The notes: generated by a model from the sequence alone, not told the origin. Positions 1 to 9,775 are shown, numbered from the stretch's first letter. The stretch is 24,000 nucleotides of DNA from Methanobacterium petrolearium (GCF_017873625.1 NZ_JAGGKL010000001.1:388284-412283); one strand, 5' to 3'. Numbers and translations are program-made.

Positions 1-477
1 CCTCAAGGGGCAGTGTTCTTCAATTTTGGTTGTATTATAGCTGGATTTATCCTTATACCTTTTTTTGTTTCGTTATCATGGTTGAAAAGAGAAGATGATA
101 ATAAATTACTTATAACAACCCAGATATTGGGCTTCATTGCAGCTATATTCCTGATTATGGTGGGTATTTTCCCTGAAAACTATCCACCTTGGCATTGGAT
201 GTGGTCAGCCCTGTTTTTCATAACCTTACTGATCTTCCTGGTTCTGGTAACCATTTTCATGTGGAGTCATCCTTTATTTCCCAGATCTCTGGTTTACTAC
301 GGATTTTTTGTAATTATTGTGGATTTGTATTTCATTACCATTAACATAATACCTATTTGGTTGCCAAAACCACTGTTGGAATGGTTTTCAGTTATATCTG
401 CACTTGGATTGCTATTAGGCATGTCTTTTGTTATGTTAACCAGCAGAAACAAAAGGGATTCAAAGATCAGTAATTGA
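1..477 (+). CDS. Polytopic membrane protein, 5'-truncated by the window edge (possibly DUF998-like)
   Basis: Frame 1 is open from base 1 (PQGAVFFNFG...), so the GTG at 13 is probably internal. The product is nearly all hydrophobic helices (IIAGFILIPFFVSL, FIAAIFLIMVGIF, ALFFITLLIFLVLVTIF, FFVIIVDLYFITINIIPIW, VISALGLLLGMSFVML) with a basic tail. The family guess is by resemblance only. Confidence 0.6.
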   Translation, partial: PQGAVFFNFGCIIAGFILIPFFVSLSWLKREDDNKLLITTQILGFIAAIFLIMVGIFPENYPPWHWMWSALFFITLLIFLVLVTIFMWSHPLFPRSLVYYGFFVIIVDLYFITINIIPIWLPKPLLEWFSVISALGLLLGMSFVMLTSRNKRDSKISN

Positions 478-541
478 AAAATCAAGATCAGTGTAGAATA
501 AAGGAGTAGGGTAATAAAAATCTTGATTTGGAGGGTTAAAA

Positions 542-838
542 ATGGACAAATTTGAGGAAAAAATGGGAAAAATTGCAAAAGAAGACCTATCAGAAGATGA
601 AATCAATAAAAGGTTTTTAGATGAATGGGGAGATGATTGTATCTGTCCGGATTGTCCCATGTATAACCAGTGCGCCCAGGAAAAATATGAAGGCATCTAC
701 TGCCTCCTGGGTAAATCAGAATGTAACCTGGAGGAAGATGATTGTATCTGTCCGGATTGTGATGTATTCGAGGATTTAGATCTTAAATACGATCTTTTCT
801 GTATCAAAGGATCTGAAAAGGAATTGAGAGGTGCTTAA
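542..838 (+). CDS. Small acidic Cys-rich protein, DUF2769-like (two CICPDC motifs)
   Basis: Strong RBS (tGGAGGGttaaaaATG). The 98-aa product has two DDCICPDC motifs plus further Cys (CPMYNQC, CLLGKSEC, FC). T-runs follow the stop at about 864-910. Confidence 0.7.
   Translation: MDKFEEKMGKIAKEDLSEDEINKRFLDEWGDDCICPDCPMYNQCAQEKYEGIYCLLGKSECNLEEDDCICPDCDVFEDLDLKYDLFCIKGSEKELRGA
632..760 (+). repeat. Perfect 24-nt direct repeat (gatgattgtatctgtccggattgt) at 632-655 and 737-760 inside the DUF2769-like CDS
   Basis: Read directly from the sequence. Both copies are in frame and encode DDCICPDC. Confidence 0.9.
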
Positions 839-1180
839 TTTAGTTTTACGGAGGTTTAATACCATTTTTTATAGTCTTATTCTTATTATAAGTTTTTTTC
901 ATTTTTTTGTCGGTTCTATCCTGTGTAATTCATAAAATATTCCTTTTTCATTTTTATTTTATTATTATACAACGAATTCACTTTTTTAGAATATATTAGA
1001 TTTTAACTGGAGAACTTACATACATGTTACATATTTTATAAAATTTTTAACAGATAAAGAACCAACCTAAAATGGGATTGTAAAAGAAATATAATTATGA
1101 TTCATTTGAAAATGTCAAAATACTGCTATCAAATTTTATCTTATAACGATTAATATTATCAACTGAATAAGAGGAATCCT

Positions 1181-2506
1181 ATGAGTTATCGTAAAACAGC
1201 CAAAAAATTTTTAGATTCACAGGAAATATCCGTTGGGGATCAAATTTCAATAAAAAAAGATGGTATAGAATATCAGGGAATGCTATTGGACCGGGCTGAA
1301 GATGCTGATGAGTGGCATGTGGTGTTGAAACTGGCTAACGGTTACAATATAGGAGTGAACATAGTTGAAGCTGAGGCCAAGCTCCTGGAGAAAGGAGAAA
1401 AACCCAAAATCGATCTTCCACCATTAGATATTAAGGAAGACCCGGAAAAAATGGACATCTCCATCATATCCACAGGAGGGACTGTGGCTTCCATAATCGA
1501 TTACAAAACCGGGGCTGTTCACCCTGCTTTTACTGCTGATGACCTGTTGAGGGCCACTCCAGAACTCCTGGATGAGGCCAACATCACAGGAAAGGCCATA
1601 ATGAACATCTTAAGCGAGAACATGAAACCGGACTACTGGATCCAAGCCGCCAGATCAGTGGCTGATGAGATAACCGAAGGTGCTGAGGGGGTAGTAGTGG
1701 CCCATGGAACCGATACCATGCATTACACTTCTGCTGCCTTAAGTTTCATCCTCCAAACACCGGTTCCCATAATTTTAACTGGTGCGCAGCGGAGTTCGGA
1801 CCGACCATCATCTGATGCCTACATTAACCTTATGAGCTCAGTAGCTGCTGCCAAATCAGACATTGCCGAGGTTATGGTGTGCATGCATGCCACTGAAAAT
1901 GATAGTCAGACCTATCTGCACAGGGGCGCCAAGGTGCGTAAGATGCACACCAGCCGCAGGGACACTTTCTCCAGTATCAACACCCTCCCTATGGCCCAGG
2001 TTAAGGATGGAAAGGTGAAGATCATTGATAAAAATTATCCATACACCAAACGAAAGGAGATCCAACTGGAAGTTAATGACTCATTAGAACCGAAAGTAGC
2101 ATTCATTAAAAGTTATCCTGGAATTTCAGGAGAATTGATTGATTACCATATAGATAAAGGTTATAAAGGCATGGTAATAGAGGGAACTGGATTGGGGCAC
2201 TGTCCTGACTATCTCATTCCTCCCATAAAAAGAGCAATCAATGAAGGAATACCAGTAGCCATGTCTTCCCAGTGTCTGTACGGTAGGACTAATCTGAATG
2301 TATACAGTACTGGTCGTAAACTTTTATCTGCAGGTGTGATCCCGGTGGGTGACATGCTACCAGAAGTAGCTTATGTGAAACTGGTATGGACTCTAGGACA
2401 GACCACCGAGCATGAAGAAGTTAAAAAAATAATGCAAACCAACCTTAAGGGTGAACTGGTGGAAAAATCATCCTCAAAATATTTCATAAAAGATTACGGG
2501 AGATAA
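1181..2506 (+). CDS. gatD: Glutamyl-tRNA(Gln) amidotransferase subunit D
   Basis: RBS aAGAGGAatcctATG. Asparaginase-type motifs ISTGGTVAS and [16 protein letters not shown] follow a GatD-type N-terminal domain of about 90 aa. gatE follows directly. Confidence 0.95.
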   Translation: MSYRKTAKKFLDSQEISVGDQISIKKDGIEYQGMLLDRAEDADEWHVVLKLANGYNIGVNIVEAEAKLLEKGEKPKIDLPPLDIKEDPEKMDISIISTGGTVASIIDYKTGAVHPAFTADDLLRATPELLDEANITGKAIMNILSENMKPDYWIQAARSVADEITEGAEGVVVAHGTDTMHYTSAALSFILQTPVPIILTGAQRSSDRPSSDAYINLMSSVAAAKSDIAEVMVCMHATENDSQTYLHRGAKVRKMHTSRRDTFSSINTLPMAQVKDGKVKIIDKNYPYTKRKEIQLEVNDSLEPKVAFIKSYPGISGELIDYHIDKGYKGMVIEGTGLGHCPDYLIPPIKRAINEGIPVAMSSQCLYGRTNLNVYSTGRKLLSAGVIPVGDMLPEVAYVKLVWTLGQTTEHEEVKKIMQTNLKGELVEKSSSKYFIKDYGR

Positions 2507-2530
2507 CAGGAGATAAAATTGGTGATACAC

Positions 2531-4420
2531 ATGGTTGAAAAAACAGATTACGAAGAACTGGGCCTGATGATGGGTCTGGAAATACACCAGCAACTCAACA
2601 CAAGCAAAAAACTCTTCTGTCCCTGTAAATGTGAATTAACAGATAATAAACCTGATTACAGAGTTTTAAGATATTTAAGGCCTACTCAAAGTGAGCTGGG
2701 TAAAATTGACCGGGCTGCTTTTGAAGAATCTCGTAGAAAACTCACGTTCCTTTATGATGCTTACTCGGAGCACACCTGTCTGGTGGAAGCAGATGATGAA
2801 CCTCCACACCCTCTAAATCCAGAAGCCCTGGAGATCGGTCTCATAATCGCATCATTACTCAACATGCAAGTGGTGGATGAGTTCCACACCATGCGAAAAC
2901 AGGTAATTGATGGAAGTAACACTGGAGGGTTTCAGAGAACCGGATTGGTAGCTACCAACGGACACATGGACACTCCCTATGGGAGGGTAGTAATAGAAAA
3001 CCTCTGTTTAGAAGAGGATGCTGCACGTCGTATGGGTCAAAGGAAGGGGACCATGGGATTCCGTCTGGATAGGTTAGGAATACCATTACTGGAGATAACC
3101 ACTGATCCTTCCATCAAACTCCCGGAACAGGTTCGTGAAGTAGCCTACCAGATTGGCCAGGTACTGCGCAGCACCAAGGTCAAACGTGGTTTAGGAACAA
3201 TACGTCAAGATTTAAATATTTCCATCAGGGAAGGTGCTCGGGTGGAGATTAAAGGAGTTCAAGATCTGGATTCCATGCCATTACTGGTGGAAAATGAGGT
3301 TAAACGTCAACTTAATCTTTTAAAAATACGTGAAGAACTCCATAACCGGAAAGCTGAGGTTGAAAATGACATTTATGACTTAAGTGAGTTGTTAAGTGAA
3401 ACAAAATCTAAAATAATGGCTAAAGCCCTGAAAAATGGTGGTAAAGTATTATCAATAAAACTGGCCGGGTTCAGAGGATTGATAGGTAAAGAATTACAAC
3501 CTAATCGTAGGTTCGGAACTGAACTAGCAGGGTATGCTAAAAAGATGGGTGTGGCAGGTATTTTCCACACTGATGAGCTGCCAGCTTATGGAATAACCCA
3601 GGAAGAGGTGGAAAAGGTTAATGAGTTTCTGGGGATTGGTGAAGATGATGCTTTCATATTGGTGGCTGATGATGGTGGTAAGGCCCACAATGCCTTGGAA
3701 GAAGTTCAGAGCCGGGCAAAACTGGCCATGGAAGGCGTGCCTGAAGAGACCAGGAAGGCTTTGGAAGATGCAAATACAGAATATCTCCGACCCCTACCAA
3801 CCGCCAGTCGGATGTATGTGGAAACCGACATACCAGTTCAGGTAATATCCCAGGAACACCTTGAACATGTTAAGGCTAATCTACCCGAGTTACCTGAAGA
3901 AAAAAAGGTCCGTATCATAGCTGAGTATAAGTTAAGTGAGGATCTGGCCAGTCAACTAGTACGTCAGGATAAAGTTAGTCAGTTTGAAAAAATCGTGGTA
4001 AAGTGTGAGGTTGAACCAACCACTGTGGCATCTTTACTGGCTTACACTCTTAAAGAACTCAGAAGAGAAGGTTTGGAAGTTGGTAATTTAACTGACAGTC
4101 ATCTTCTTGGAACATTCCAGTTACTTTCTGCAGGTAAAATTTCCAAAGATGCGGTATCAGATGTTTTAGTGGGAGTGTTAAAGGAAAAATCATCTCCAGA
4201 AGAAGCAGCAAAAAAATTGAATCTTATAATGCTTTCTGATGAAAGGGTGGCTGAAATTATTCAGGACATTGTATCTTCCCAGGAAAAAATGGTCAAAGAA
4301 AGAAACATGGGGGCCATGGGGCCTCTGATGGGAATGATAATGAAGGAACTTAAGGGAAAAGCCGATGGAAAACTGGTAAATAAACTTTTGAAGGAAGAAC
4401 TACAGAAATATATGGGATAA
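2531..4420 (+). CDS. gatE: Glutamyl-tRNA(Gln) amidotransferase subunit E
   Basis: The ORF opens at TTG 2519 and the first ATG is 2531 ([12 protein letters not shown]...). It has a GatB/GatE-type N-terminus ([10 protein letters not shown]...CPC), a long archaeal insertion and a YqeY-like tail ([28 protein letters not shown]). The start is ambiguous between 2519, 2522 and 2531. Confidence 0.95.
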   Translation: MVEKTDYEELGLMMGLEIHQQLNTSKKLFCPCKCELTDNKPDYRVLRYLRPTQSELGKIDRAAFEESRRKLTFLYDAYSEHTCLVEADDEPPHPLNPEALEIGLIIASLLNMQVVDEFHTMRKQVIDGSNTGGFQRTGLVATNGHMDTPYGRVVIENLCLEEDAARRMGQRKGTMGFRLDRLGIPLLEITTDPSIKLPEQVREVAYQIGQVLRSTKVKRGLGTIRQDLNISIREGARVEIKGVQDLDSMPLLVENEVKRQLNLLKIREELHNRKAEVENDIYDLSELLSETKSKIMAKALKNGGKVLSIKLAGFRGLIGKELQPNRRFGTELAGYAKKMGVAGIFHTDELPAYGITQEEVEKVNEFLGIGEDDAFILVADDGGKAHNALEEVQSRAKLAMEGVPEETRKALEDANTEYLRPLPTASRMYVETDIPVQVISQEHLEHVKANLPELPEEKKVRIIAEYKLSEDLASQLVRQDKVSQFEKIVVKCEVEPTTVASLLAYTLKELRREGLEVGNLTDSHLLGTFQLLSAGKISKDAVSDVLVGVLKEKSSPEEAAKKLNLIMLSDERVAEIIQDIVSSQEKMVKERNMGAMGPLMGMIMKELKGKADGKLVNKLLKEELQKYMG

Positions 4421-4465
4421 ATGTTTGCATTGTGAGAATAAGTGGATAGGGTGAAGGTGTTTCCT

Positions 4466-5389
4466 ATGGAAAGCTCTGTGGAAGAATATGATCTGATTAT
4501 TATTGGAGGAGGACCAGCAGGATTAACAGCAGGAATCTATGCTGGAAGACAGGGAATGAAAGCTGTCATTCTGGAGATGATGACTGGAGCAGGTTCCGGG
4601 TACATGGTGCCCAGCATGGAAAACTATCCTGGATTTGAATCTATTTCTGGGAAGGATCTCCTGGAGAAGATGAGAAAACAGGTAGAAAAACATGTTACCG
4701 TGAGGAACATGGAGGAAGTTAAGAAAATTGTTAAAAATGACTCGACCAGTATTTCTGTCACCACATCTAAAGGGGAATATAATGCCAAGGCCATCATAAT
4801 ATCCACGGGAAGTCGTCACAGAAGACTGAAAGTACCGGGTGAGATTGATTTTATTGGCCGTGGAGTTTGTTATTGTGCCACCTGTGACGGACCATTATAC
4901 CAAAATAAAAATGTTGTAGTAGTGGGCGGAGGAAACGCAGCTCTTCAAGAAGCAATCTATCTAGAAAGTCTGGGATGCCATGTAACCATCATACACCGCA
5001 GAAACCAGTTGAGAGCAGAAAAATACCTCCAGGAAAAGTTAAAAGAAAAGGAAATACCTGTAATCTGGGATTCTGTGGTAGAAGAGATAAAGGGAGATGT
5101 GATGGTAGGCAGTGTGTTACTCTACAACAGAAAAACAGATGAAAAATCGGAATTGCCCATTGATGGAGTATTCATTGCAGTAGGAGAAGAACCCCTCAGT
5201 AAAGTTGCTCAGGATGCAGGAGTTGAAGTAGATAAAGCAAAATACATTGTAACTGATAAATACCAGCGAACCAACATTCCGGATATCTATGCTGCAGGTG
5301 ACATAACCGGTGGAATTAAACAGTGGGTAGTAGCCTGTGCTGAAGGAGCAGTAGCATCATTATCAGCCTTTGAAGATGTTATGGAGTAG
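4466..5389 (+). CDS. trxB: Thioredoxin-disulfide reductase (low-Mr TrxR family)
   Basis: FAD motif [20 protein letters not shown], redox-active CATC ([11 protein letters not shown]), second dinucleotide motif [17 protein letters not shown] followed by [10 protein letters not shown], and C-terminal AAGDITG. The ORF opens at GTG 4442, but ATG 4466 has GGTG about 7 nt upstream. Confidence 0.88.
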   Translation: MESSVEEYDLIIIGGGPAGLTAGIYAGRQGMKAVILEMMTGAGSGYMVPSMENYPGFESISGKDLLEKMRKQVEKHVTVRNMEEVKKIVKNDSTSISVTTSKGEYNAKAIIISTGSRHRRLKVPGEIDFIGRGVCYCATCDGPLYQNKNVVVVGGGNAALQEAIYLESLGCHVTIIHRRNQLRAEKYLQEKLKEKEIPVIWDSVVEEIKGDVMVGSVLLYNRKTDEKSELPIDGVFIAVGEEPLSKVAQDAGVEVDKAKYIVTDKYQRTNIPDIYAAGDITGGIKQWVVACAEGAVASLSAFEDVME

Positions 5390-5437
5390 GATCCTTTTTC
5401 ATGATAATTATTTTTGAATAAACCATTGAAGATTAAA

Positions 5438-6289
5438 ATGAAACAAAATATTAGATTCGGCCCTGCAGGTAATCCCATAGGCTTTAAAGGTCAAACAGTT
5501 GATGTCTGTGACTATATACGTGAATTGGGATTAGATGCATATGAGTACCAGGCTACCTACGGTGTGCGTATTCAGAAACAATCGGGATTAAAACTAGCTG
5601 AAAATTCTCAAAAAAATGATGTTAGGGTTTCAATGCATGCCCCATATTATATCAATCTCGCAGCCCAAAAAGAAGATGTTTTAAAACGTTCCATTGATAG
5701 GTTAATTCAATCAGCCCGGGCTGCCGAATGGATAGGAGCGTATCGTATTGTTTTCCACCCGGGATTTTACACTAAATACAGTCCTCAGGATGCACTTAAA
5801 CGGTGTAAAAATTCGATAACTAACTTGATGGAAGATTTAAATTCCAGAAGAATGGAAAATTTCATATTTGCCCCGGAAACTACCGGGAAAAGATCACAAC
5901 TGGGTAGTTTAGAGGAAATTATAGATATCTGTCAGTCATTTGATCATTTCGCCCCAACAATTGACTTTGCACATCTACATGCCCGGGGAAGGGGATCTAT
6001 TAAAGATATTGATGATTACCATAAAATATTAGCAAAATTAGAGGAAGAATTGGGTGGCGGATGTCATGAACATGAATTTCTCCACTGTCACTTCACCAGA
6101 ATTGAATACACCGATGCTGGTGAAAGAAAACATCACATACTCACAGAAAAAGAATACGGACCACCTATGGAACCATTACTGGAAGCATTGATTGAATGTG
6201 GTTGGAATGCCACCATCATATGTGAAACTCCTTTACTTGAGCAGGATGCTCTTTTAATGCAAAAAACCTACAAAAATATGGTAAAATAA
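5438..6289 (+). CDS. Endonuclease IV-like / xylose-isomerase-like TIM-barrel metalloprotein
   Basis: The spacing of metal-ligand-type residues resembles the Nfo family: [51 protein letters not shown]. The ORF opens at TTG 5414 and the first ATG is 5438 ([11 protein letters not shown]). Confidence 0.75.
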   Translation: MKQNIRFGPAGNPIGFKGQTVDVCDYIRELGLDAYEYQATYGVRIQKQSGLKLAENSQKNDVRVSMHAPYYINLAAQKEDVLKRSIDRLIQSARAAEWIGAYRIVFHPGFYTKYSPQDALKRCKNSITNLMEDLNSRRMENFIFAPETTGKRSQLGSLEEIIDICQSFDHFAPTIDFAHLHARGRGSIKDIDDYHKILAKLEEELGGGCHEHEFLHCHFTRIEYTDAGERKHHILTEKEYGPPMEPLLEALIECGWNATIICETPLLEQDALLMQKTYKNMVK

Positions 6290-6522
6290 TAAAATGACTG
6301 AATAATATTTCTCATTGATATGGGATTGCGGGGCTAGTTTTTAAACTATTTGAACCTGGATAAACCTTTACATTATATTTTAAAAGATTTCGATAGCAAA
6401 AATGTCCTGTTAGCTGAGACTAACAGATGAATATGTTTATAAATATTTATTAAGGTATATTCAATTAAAAAAATAAGATCTCTTCTTGGAATTAATATTG
6501 TTCTAATTAAGTGGGTGGGCTA

Positions 6523-6729
6523 ATGGAAGATCCGGTCATGGTTAAAAATTTTAATAATGATTTGGAGGAAGATGAATTATTAAAACTAGTCAATGAGGTC
6601 ATCGAAGAAAATGTTTTAATAAATATTATTAACAAATTCCTTGATGAGGATACGGAATATCTAAAGGCTAAAAACCGTGAAATTCGATGGTTAGCTGCTA
6701 AAGTGAGGTTTAGGGCCATAGAATATTAG
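6523..6729 (+). CDS. Hypothetical small protein (68 aa; acidic N-terminal half, basic tail)
   Basis: ATG 6523 is preceded by a GGTGGG Shine-Dalgarno-like element (gtGGGTGGGctaATG). The gene is isolated between AT-rich spacers, and a T7 run follows at about 6792-6798. No family recognised. Confidence 0.4.
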   Translation: MEDPVMVKNFNNDLEEDELLKLVNEVIEENVLINIINKFLDEDTEYLKAKNREIRWLAAKVRFRAIEY

Positions 6730-6839
6730 TAATTTTTCATGTTGTCAAAATTTTTAATATTTAATAAATCATATTTCAATGAATTTGCGTTTTTTTCTAC
6801 TAACGGTCGGACAACATACTGAATATCATTATTTAAATT

Positions 6840-7619
6840 TTATTCAATCACAAAACTACATTGTTTATCTCCCAGGGCATAACATTCAGTTTCAGTAACT
6901 TTTACTTCTTCTTGGTTGTATGAACTGAACAATGATTCCAATATTCCACTATCAAATGCACAGGCAGGCCGACCCAGATAAGGAAGTCCACTGCATTCAA
7001 AACAATCCTGCACACCAATGGTTAAAGGTTGGAGATCTTTAACTTCCACAGAACCAAGACTGTGAGTTTCCCAAAAAGCAGCAATGTTTCCCAGGAAGTT
7101 AGTCATATCCGGATCCTTAACCTTTTCATATAAAGCTTTTCCCACTTTTAAACCAGCTTCGTAGAGTATAGGATCTATATCAACTCCCTGACTTAAGAGA
7201 GAAATTCTTAAAGTGTGAAATATCAGACGAAAGAACTCAAATGGATCATTTTCACTTGCAATGTACCTCTGGATATAAGCAGAAATGTCTTCCTGAAGCT
7301 GCTGACGATGTAATTTACCTATGTATTCTGATTGAATAAAAAAAATCTTCTTTCGAGCATCATCAGGATCCACACGGGAGCTGATTATACCTTCTTTGCT
7401 CATAAGTTTAAGATGGCTGGAAACAGTGGATTTAGCACGGCCGGAATGTTTCACAATCTCGTCAAAGCTGAGATCACCCTTCCTTAACATAGACAAAATT
7501 TTAACCCTAACCGGGCTTTTAATGGCTTTTACACCATTAGGGGTGGAGAAAAGTTCTATCTGAACATCATCGGAAACTTCAGTTTCCTTTTCATTTGATT
7601 TTTTTTTCATTCTTTTCAT
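6840..7619 (-). CDS. msvR: MsvR-like transcriptional regulator (N-terminal ArsR-type wHTH plus C-terminal V4R domain)
   Basis: The wHTH segment is [46 protein letters not shown]. The C-terminal Cys-bearing V4R-like segment is [29 protein letters not shown]...[17 protein letters not shown]. Its 259-aa length fits the methanogen-specific V4R regulators. Confidence 0.75.
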   Translation of the reverse strand: MKRMKKKSNEKETEVSDDVQIELFSTPNGVKAIKSPVRVKILSMLRKGDLSFDEIVKHSGRAKSTVSSHLKLMSKEGIISSRVDPDDARKKIFFIQSEYIGKLHRQQLQEDISAYIQRYIASENDPFEFFRLIFHTLRISLLSQGVDIDPILYEAGLKVGKALYEKVKDPDMTNFLGNIAAFWETHSLGSVEVKDLQPLTIGVQDCFECSGLPYLGRPACAFDSGILESLFSSYNQEEVKVTETECYALGDKQCSFVIE

Positions 7620-7688
7620 GGGGGATATGTTTAATGAAGTTTTAAAATTAATTAACTTTTGAATGTATTAAAGTGTGAGTGTTGTTGT

Positions 7689-7886
7689 TCATTGGCCTCT
7701 TTCACAGTGGATGCACATATCTGTGTCTCGATCAGTCTTGAATGTTTTCCCACATTTTTTACAAGTAACATCTCGTAGTGATGATTTTTTATCAACAATT
7801 TCCAGGGAACATGAGCATTTCCATCCCATTTTACCCTTCAATTCCTGTTCGAATGCTTTATCCTCATCAAAATCTTTTTTAGGCAT
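7689..7886 (-). CDS. Small zinc-ribbon protein (hypothetical)
   Basis: Six Cys in CxC / CxxC / CxxC pairs (WKCSCS, CKKCGKTF, CIHCERGQ). The ORF opens at 7907, but ATG 7886 (MPKKDF) has aGAGGAttaaaaATG. It lies 24 nt downstream of the cupin stop, so it is probably co-transcribed. Confidence 0.5.
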   Translation of the reverse strand: MPKKDFDEDKAFEQELKGKMGWKCSCSLEIVDKKSSLRDVTCKKCGKTFKTDRDTDMCIHCERGQ

Positions 7887-7910
7887 TTTTAATCCTCTTT
7901 GCCTCATTTT

Positions 7911-8250
7911 TTATAACAATTTAGTTTCTGTGGTTGGTCTGGGAACTTTAACCACTAAAAAACGGAGTATTTCATCACTTTCATTATACCAACAATGTGG
8001 AATGCGAGCTGGGCTGTCAATGAGTGAGTCTTTTGTAATTTCTTGTTTTTCATCGCCTATCTCAACTATGCCTTTGCCCTCTAAAACATAGAAAAATACA
8101 TCCACTGGAGTTATATGTTTTTTTAGAGATTCACCTGGGTTTGAGTGTTATATGTACGGCTATGGCATTTTCTGTATCATATAATTTCCGGACATCCACC
8201 TGATGGGGATTATCCGCAACTGGACTTTTTTCCATTTCAATCACTTTCAT
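7911..8250 (-). pseudogene. Cupin-domain gene interrupted by a 1-nt frameshift
   Basis: ATG 8250 has an RBS (gaGGGTGAaaATG) and encodes MKVIEMEKSPVADNPHQVDVRKLYDTENAIAVHITLKPR, ending at TGA 8133-8131. Shifted by one base it continues GESLKKHITPVDVFFYVLEGKGIVEIGDEKQ...PARIPHCWYN...VVKVP to the stop at 7911. Deleting one C from the CCC run (8137-8139) gives a contiguous 112-aa cupin. The ORF track shows only the 3' piece, 7911..8105. Confidence 0.65.
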
Positions 8251-8335
8251 TTTCACCCTCTCACAAATTTGTGCATGTTCAATCATTACACCATTAATCA
8301 ACACATATTGAATCAGTCACCAACTGAAATAGAAC

Positions 8336-8375
8336 AAAAATCTAAAAATATGGGAAATTGGGGTAATATTACCCC
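8336..8375 (-). terminator. Putative hcp terminator: hairpin plus two U5 runs
   Basis: A perfect 16-nt palindrome GGGGTAATATTACCCC (8360-8375) spans the hcp stop codon. On the minus-strand transcript it is followed by ...CAUAUUUUUAGAUUUUUG (A-runs 8344-8348 and 8336-8340 on the + strand). Confidence 0.45.
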
Positions 8376-9679
8376 ATTATGGCTCTTATATCTTCTTCTG
8401 GATCCCCAATTGGTTTGAGATCGTAGTTTTCAACCAGTATGTTCAATATTTCCTGGTTAACCCAGCCTGGTAGGATAGGACCAATGTAGATTCCTTTCAT
8501 GTCAAGGGCCAGTAAACTCCAGAGGATGGCTGCAGCTTTTTGTTCCATCCAGCTTAAGACTAGAGTTAATGGAAGTTCATTGAGTTCAACTCCAAATAGT
8601 TCAGTCAGGGCTATTGCAATGTCCACTGCTACAATGGCATCGTTGCACTGGCCTAAATCTATTAATCTGGGCACTCCCTCAATATCTCCCAAGTCCAAGT
8701 CGTTGAATCTATACTTACCACAGGCTAAAGTCAGGATAACTGATTCTGGGGGCAGTTTGGAAACCAGTTCTGTGTAATATTGGGCCTGTGGTTTAGGAGA
8801 GTCACATCCACCCACCAGGACGAACTGTTTAATTTTACCTGCTTCCACCAGTTTTTTAATTTTGGGAGCAAGGGATAATACTGTGGAAGCTCCGAATCCA
8901 GTGGTTAAAACAGTTTCACGAGGTTCATCTTCAAGTTCAGGTAATTCCAATGCCTTTTCAATTACTGGGGCGAAATCGTAATCTTCTATATGTTTAATTC
9001 CTGGAAGCTGGGCCACGCCACTGGTGAACATCCTCTGTTTGTATTCATCTTTAGGTAGCAGTACACAGTTTGAGGTTCCCAGTATGGCAACAGGGTATTT
9101 GGAGAAGGTAGCTTTCTGGTCAAACCAGGGACCTCCCAGTTGTCCCACCAAGTGTTTGTATTTTTTAAGTCCGGGGTAACCATGGGCAGGTAATAACTCT
9201 GAATGGGTGTAGACATTGATCCCTTTACCTTCAGTCTGTTTCAGGAGTTCTTCCAGTGTTCTCAGGCTGTGTCCGGTAACAACGATTCCTGGTCCTTTAA
9301 CTGATCCCACAGGTACTTTGGTTGGGATGGGTTCACCATAGGTTTCGATGTGTGCTTTTTTCAGTAGTTGCATGGTTTTTAAGTTCATCTGTCCTGCTTC
9401 CAGAGCCAAATTCACAAACTTCTGGGGGTCGAAGTTCACGTTGGTTAAGGTGGAGTAGAAACCTCTTTCCAAGAAAGCGTCCACTTCTTCATCAGTGTAA
9501 CCTAACTCACGTGCATGGTAGAGGTAGGCGGCTATTCCCTTTATGGCGAATAAAAGGTTGTCCTGTAGCCGGGCTACGGTGGGTTCTTTTCCACATACTC
9601 CTTTAACGGTGCAACCAGTTTCACGGGCAGTTTGTGAACATTGGTAGCAGAACATGTCCAATGCTTCTTTTTTTTCCAT
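8369..9679 (-). CDS. hcp: Hybrid-cluster protein / hydroxylamine reductase, short class-III type
   Basis: N-terminal cluster motif [23 protein letters not shown], with hybrid-cluster region motifs [31 protein letters not shown] and SWMEQKA. Its length of about 435 aa fits the class lacking part of the N-terminal helical domain. The ORF opens at ATG 9694, but the second ATG at 9679 has GGAGG about 8 nt upstream. Confidence 0.9.
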   Translation of the reverse strand: MEKKEALDMFCYQCSQTARETGCTVKGVCGKEPTVARLQDNLLFAIKGIAAYLYHARELGYTDEEVDAFLERGFYSTLTNVNFDPQKFVNLALEAGQMNLKTMQLLKKAHIETYGEPIPTKVPVGSVKGPGIVVTGHSLRTLEELLKQTEGKGINVYTHSELLPAHGYPGLKKYKHLVGQLGGPWFDQKATFSKYPVAILGTSNCVLLPKDEYKQRMFTSGVAQLPGIKHIEDYDFAPVIEKALELPELEDEPRETVLTTGFGASTVLSLAPKIKKLVEAGKIKQFVLVGGCDSPKPQAQYYTELVSKLPPESVILTLACGKYRFNDLDLGDIEGVPRLIDLGQCNDAIVAVDIAIALTELFGVELNELPLTLVLSWMEQKAAAILWSLLALDMKGIYIGPILPGWVNQEILNILVENYDLKPIGDPEEDIRAIMG

Positions 9680-9718
9680 TTTTATTTCCTCCATAAATCC
9701 AAAATATTGTTTTACTAA

Positions 9719-9753
9719 TATCGAATAGTTCTATATTTATCGAATGTTCTATA
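9719..9753 (-). promoter_or_regulatory. Two tandem imperfect palindromes (candidate operator) between the hcp TATA box and start codon
   Basis: The + strand reads TATCGAATAGTTCTATA (9719-9735) and TATCGAATGTTCTATA (9738-9753). Each has the form TATnGAA-n2/3-TTCnATA. The same bases can be parsed as TTCT-N8-CGAA (9729-9744). Confidence 0.5.
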
Positions 9754-9767
9754 CTTATGGAACAAAA

Positions 9768-9775
9768 TATATAAA
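9768..9775 (-). promoter_or_regulatory. Candidate TATA box of the hcp promoter
   Basis: The minus strand reads ccacaagtTTTATATAttttg. It lies about 90 nt upstream of the hcp ATG, and the expected TSS about 25 nt downstream falls inside the repeat at 9738-9753. Confidence 0.45.

Noticed and set aside
839-1180. 342-nt AT-rich spacer upstream of gatD as a possible riboswitch or sRNA locus
   Set aside because: I could find no convincing stem-loops or conserved-looking structured core, only T-runs (likely termination of the upstream gene) and TATA-like strings. This composition is expected for promoter and terminator DNA in an AT-rich archaeon.
6407-6426. Hairpin ctgttag-ctgaga-ctaacag in the 6290-6510 spacer
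   Set aside because: The stem is only 7 bp with no adjacent T-run or gene end that it would terminate. It is too short to separate from chance.
6739-6818. 8-bp inverted repeat atgttgtc ... gacaacat between the converging small ORF and the msvR-like gene
   Set aside because: The arms are separated by about 64 nt of AT-rich sequence, so a stable structure is unlikely. The T7 run at about 6792-6798 explains termination on its own.
7675-8091. 138-aa + strand ORF, and similar ORFs in the track such as 14427..14789, 19778..20254, 21912..22208, 3621..3845, 4523..4819, 8499..8777 and 9322..9606
   Set aside because: All lie antisense to, or out of frame within, confidently recognised genes. Their low-complexity Ser/Leu/Phe-rich translations are typical of shadow frames, and none has an RBS. 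I treat them as non-coding.
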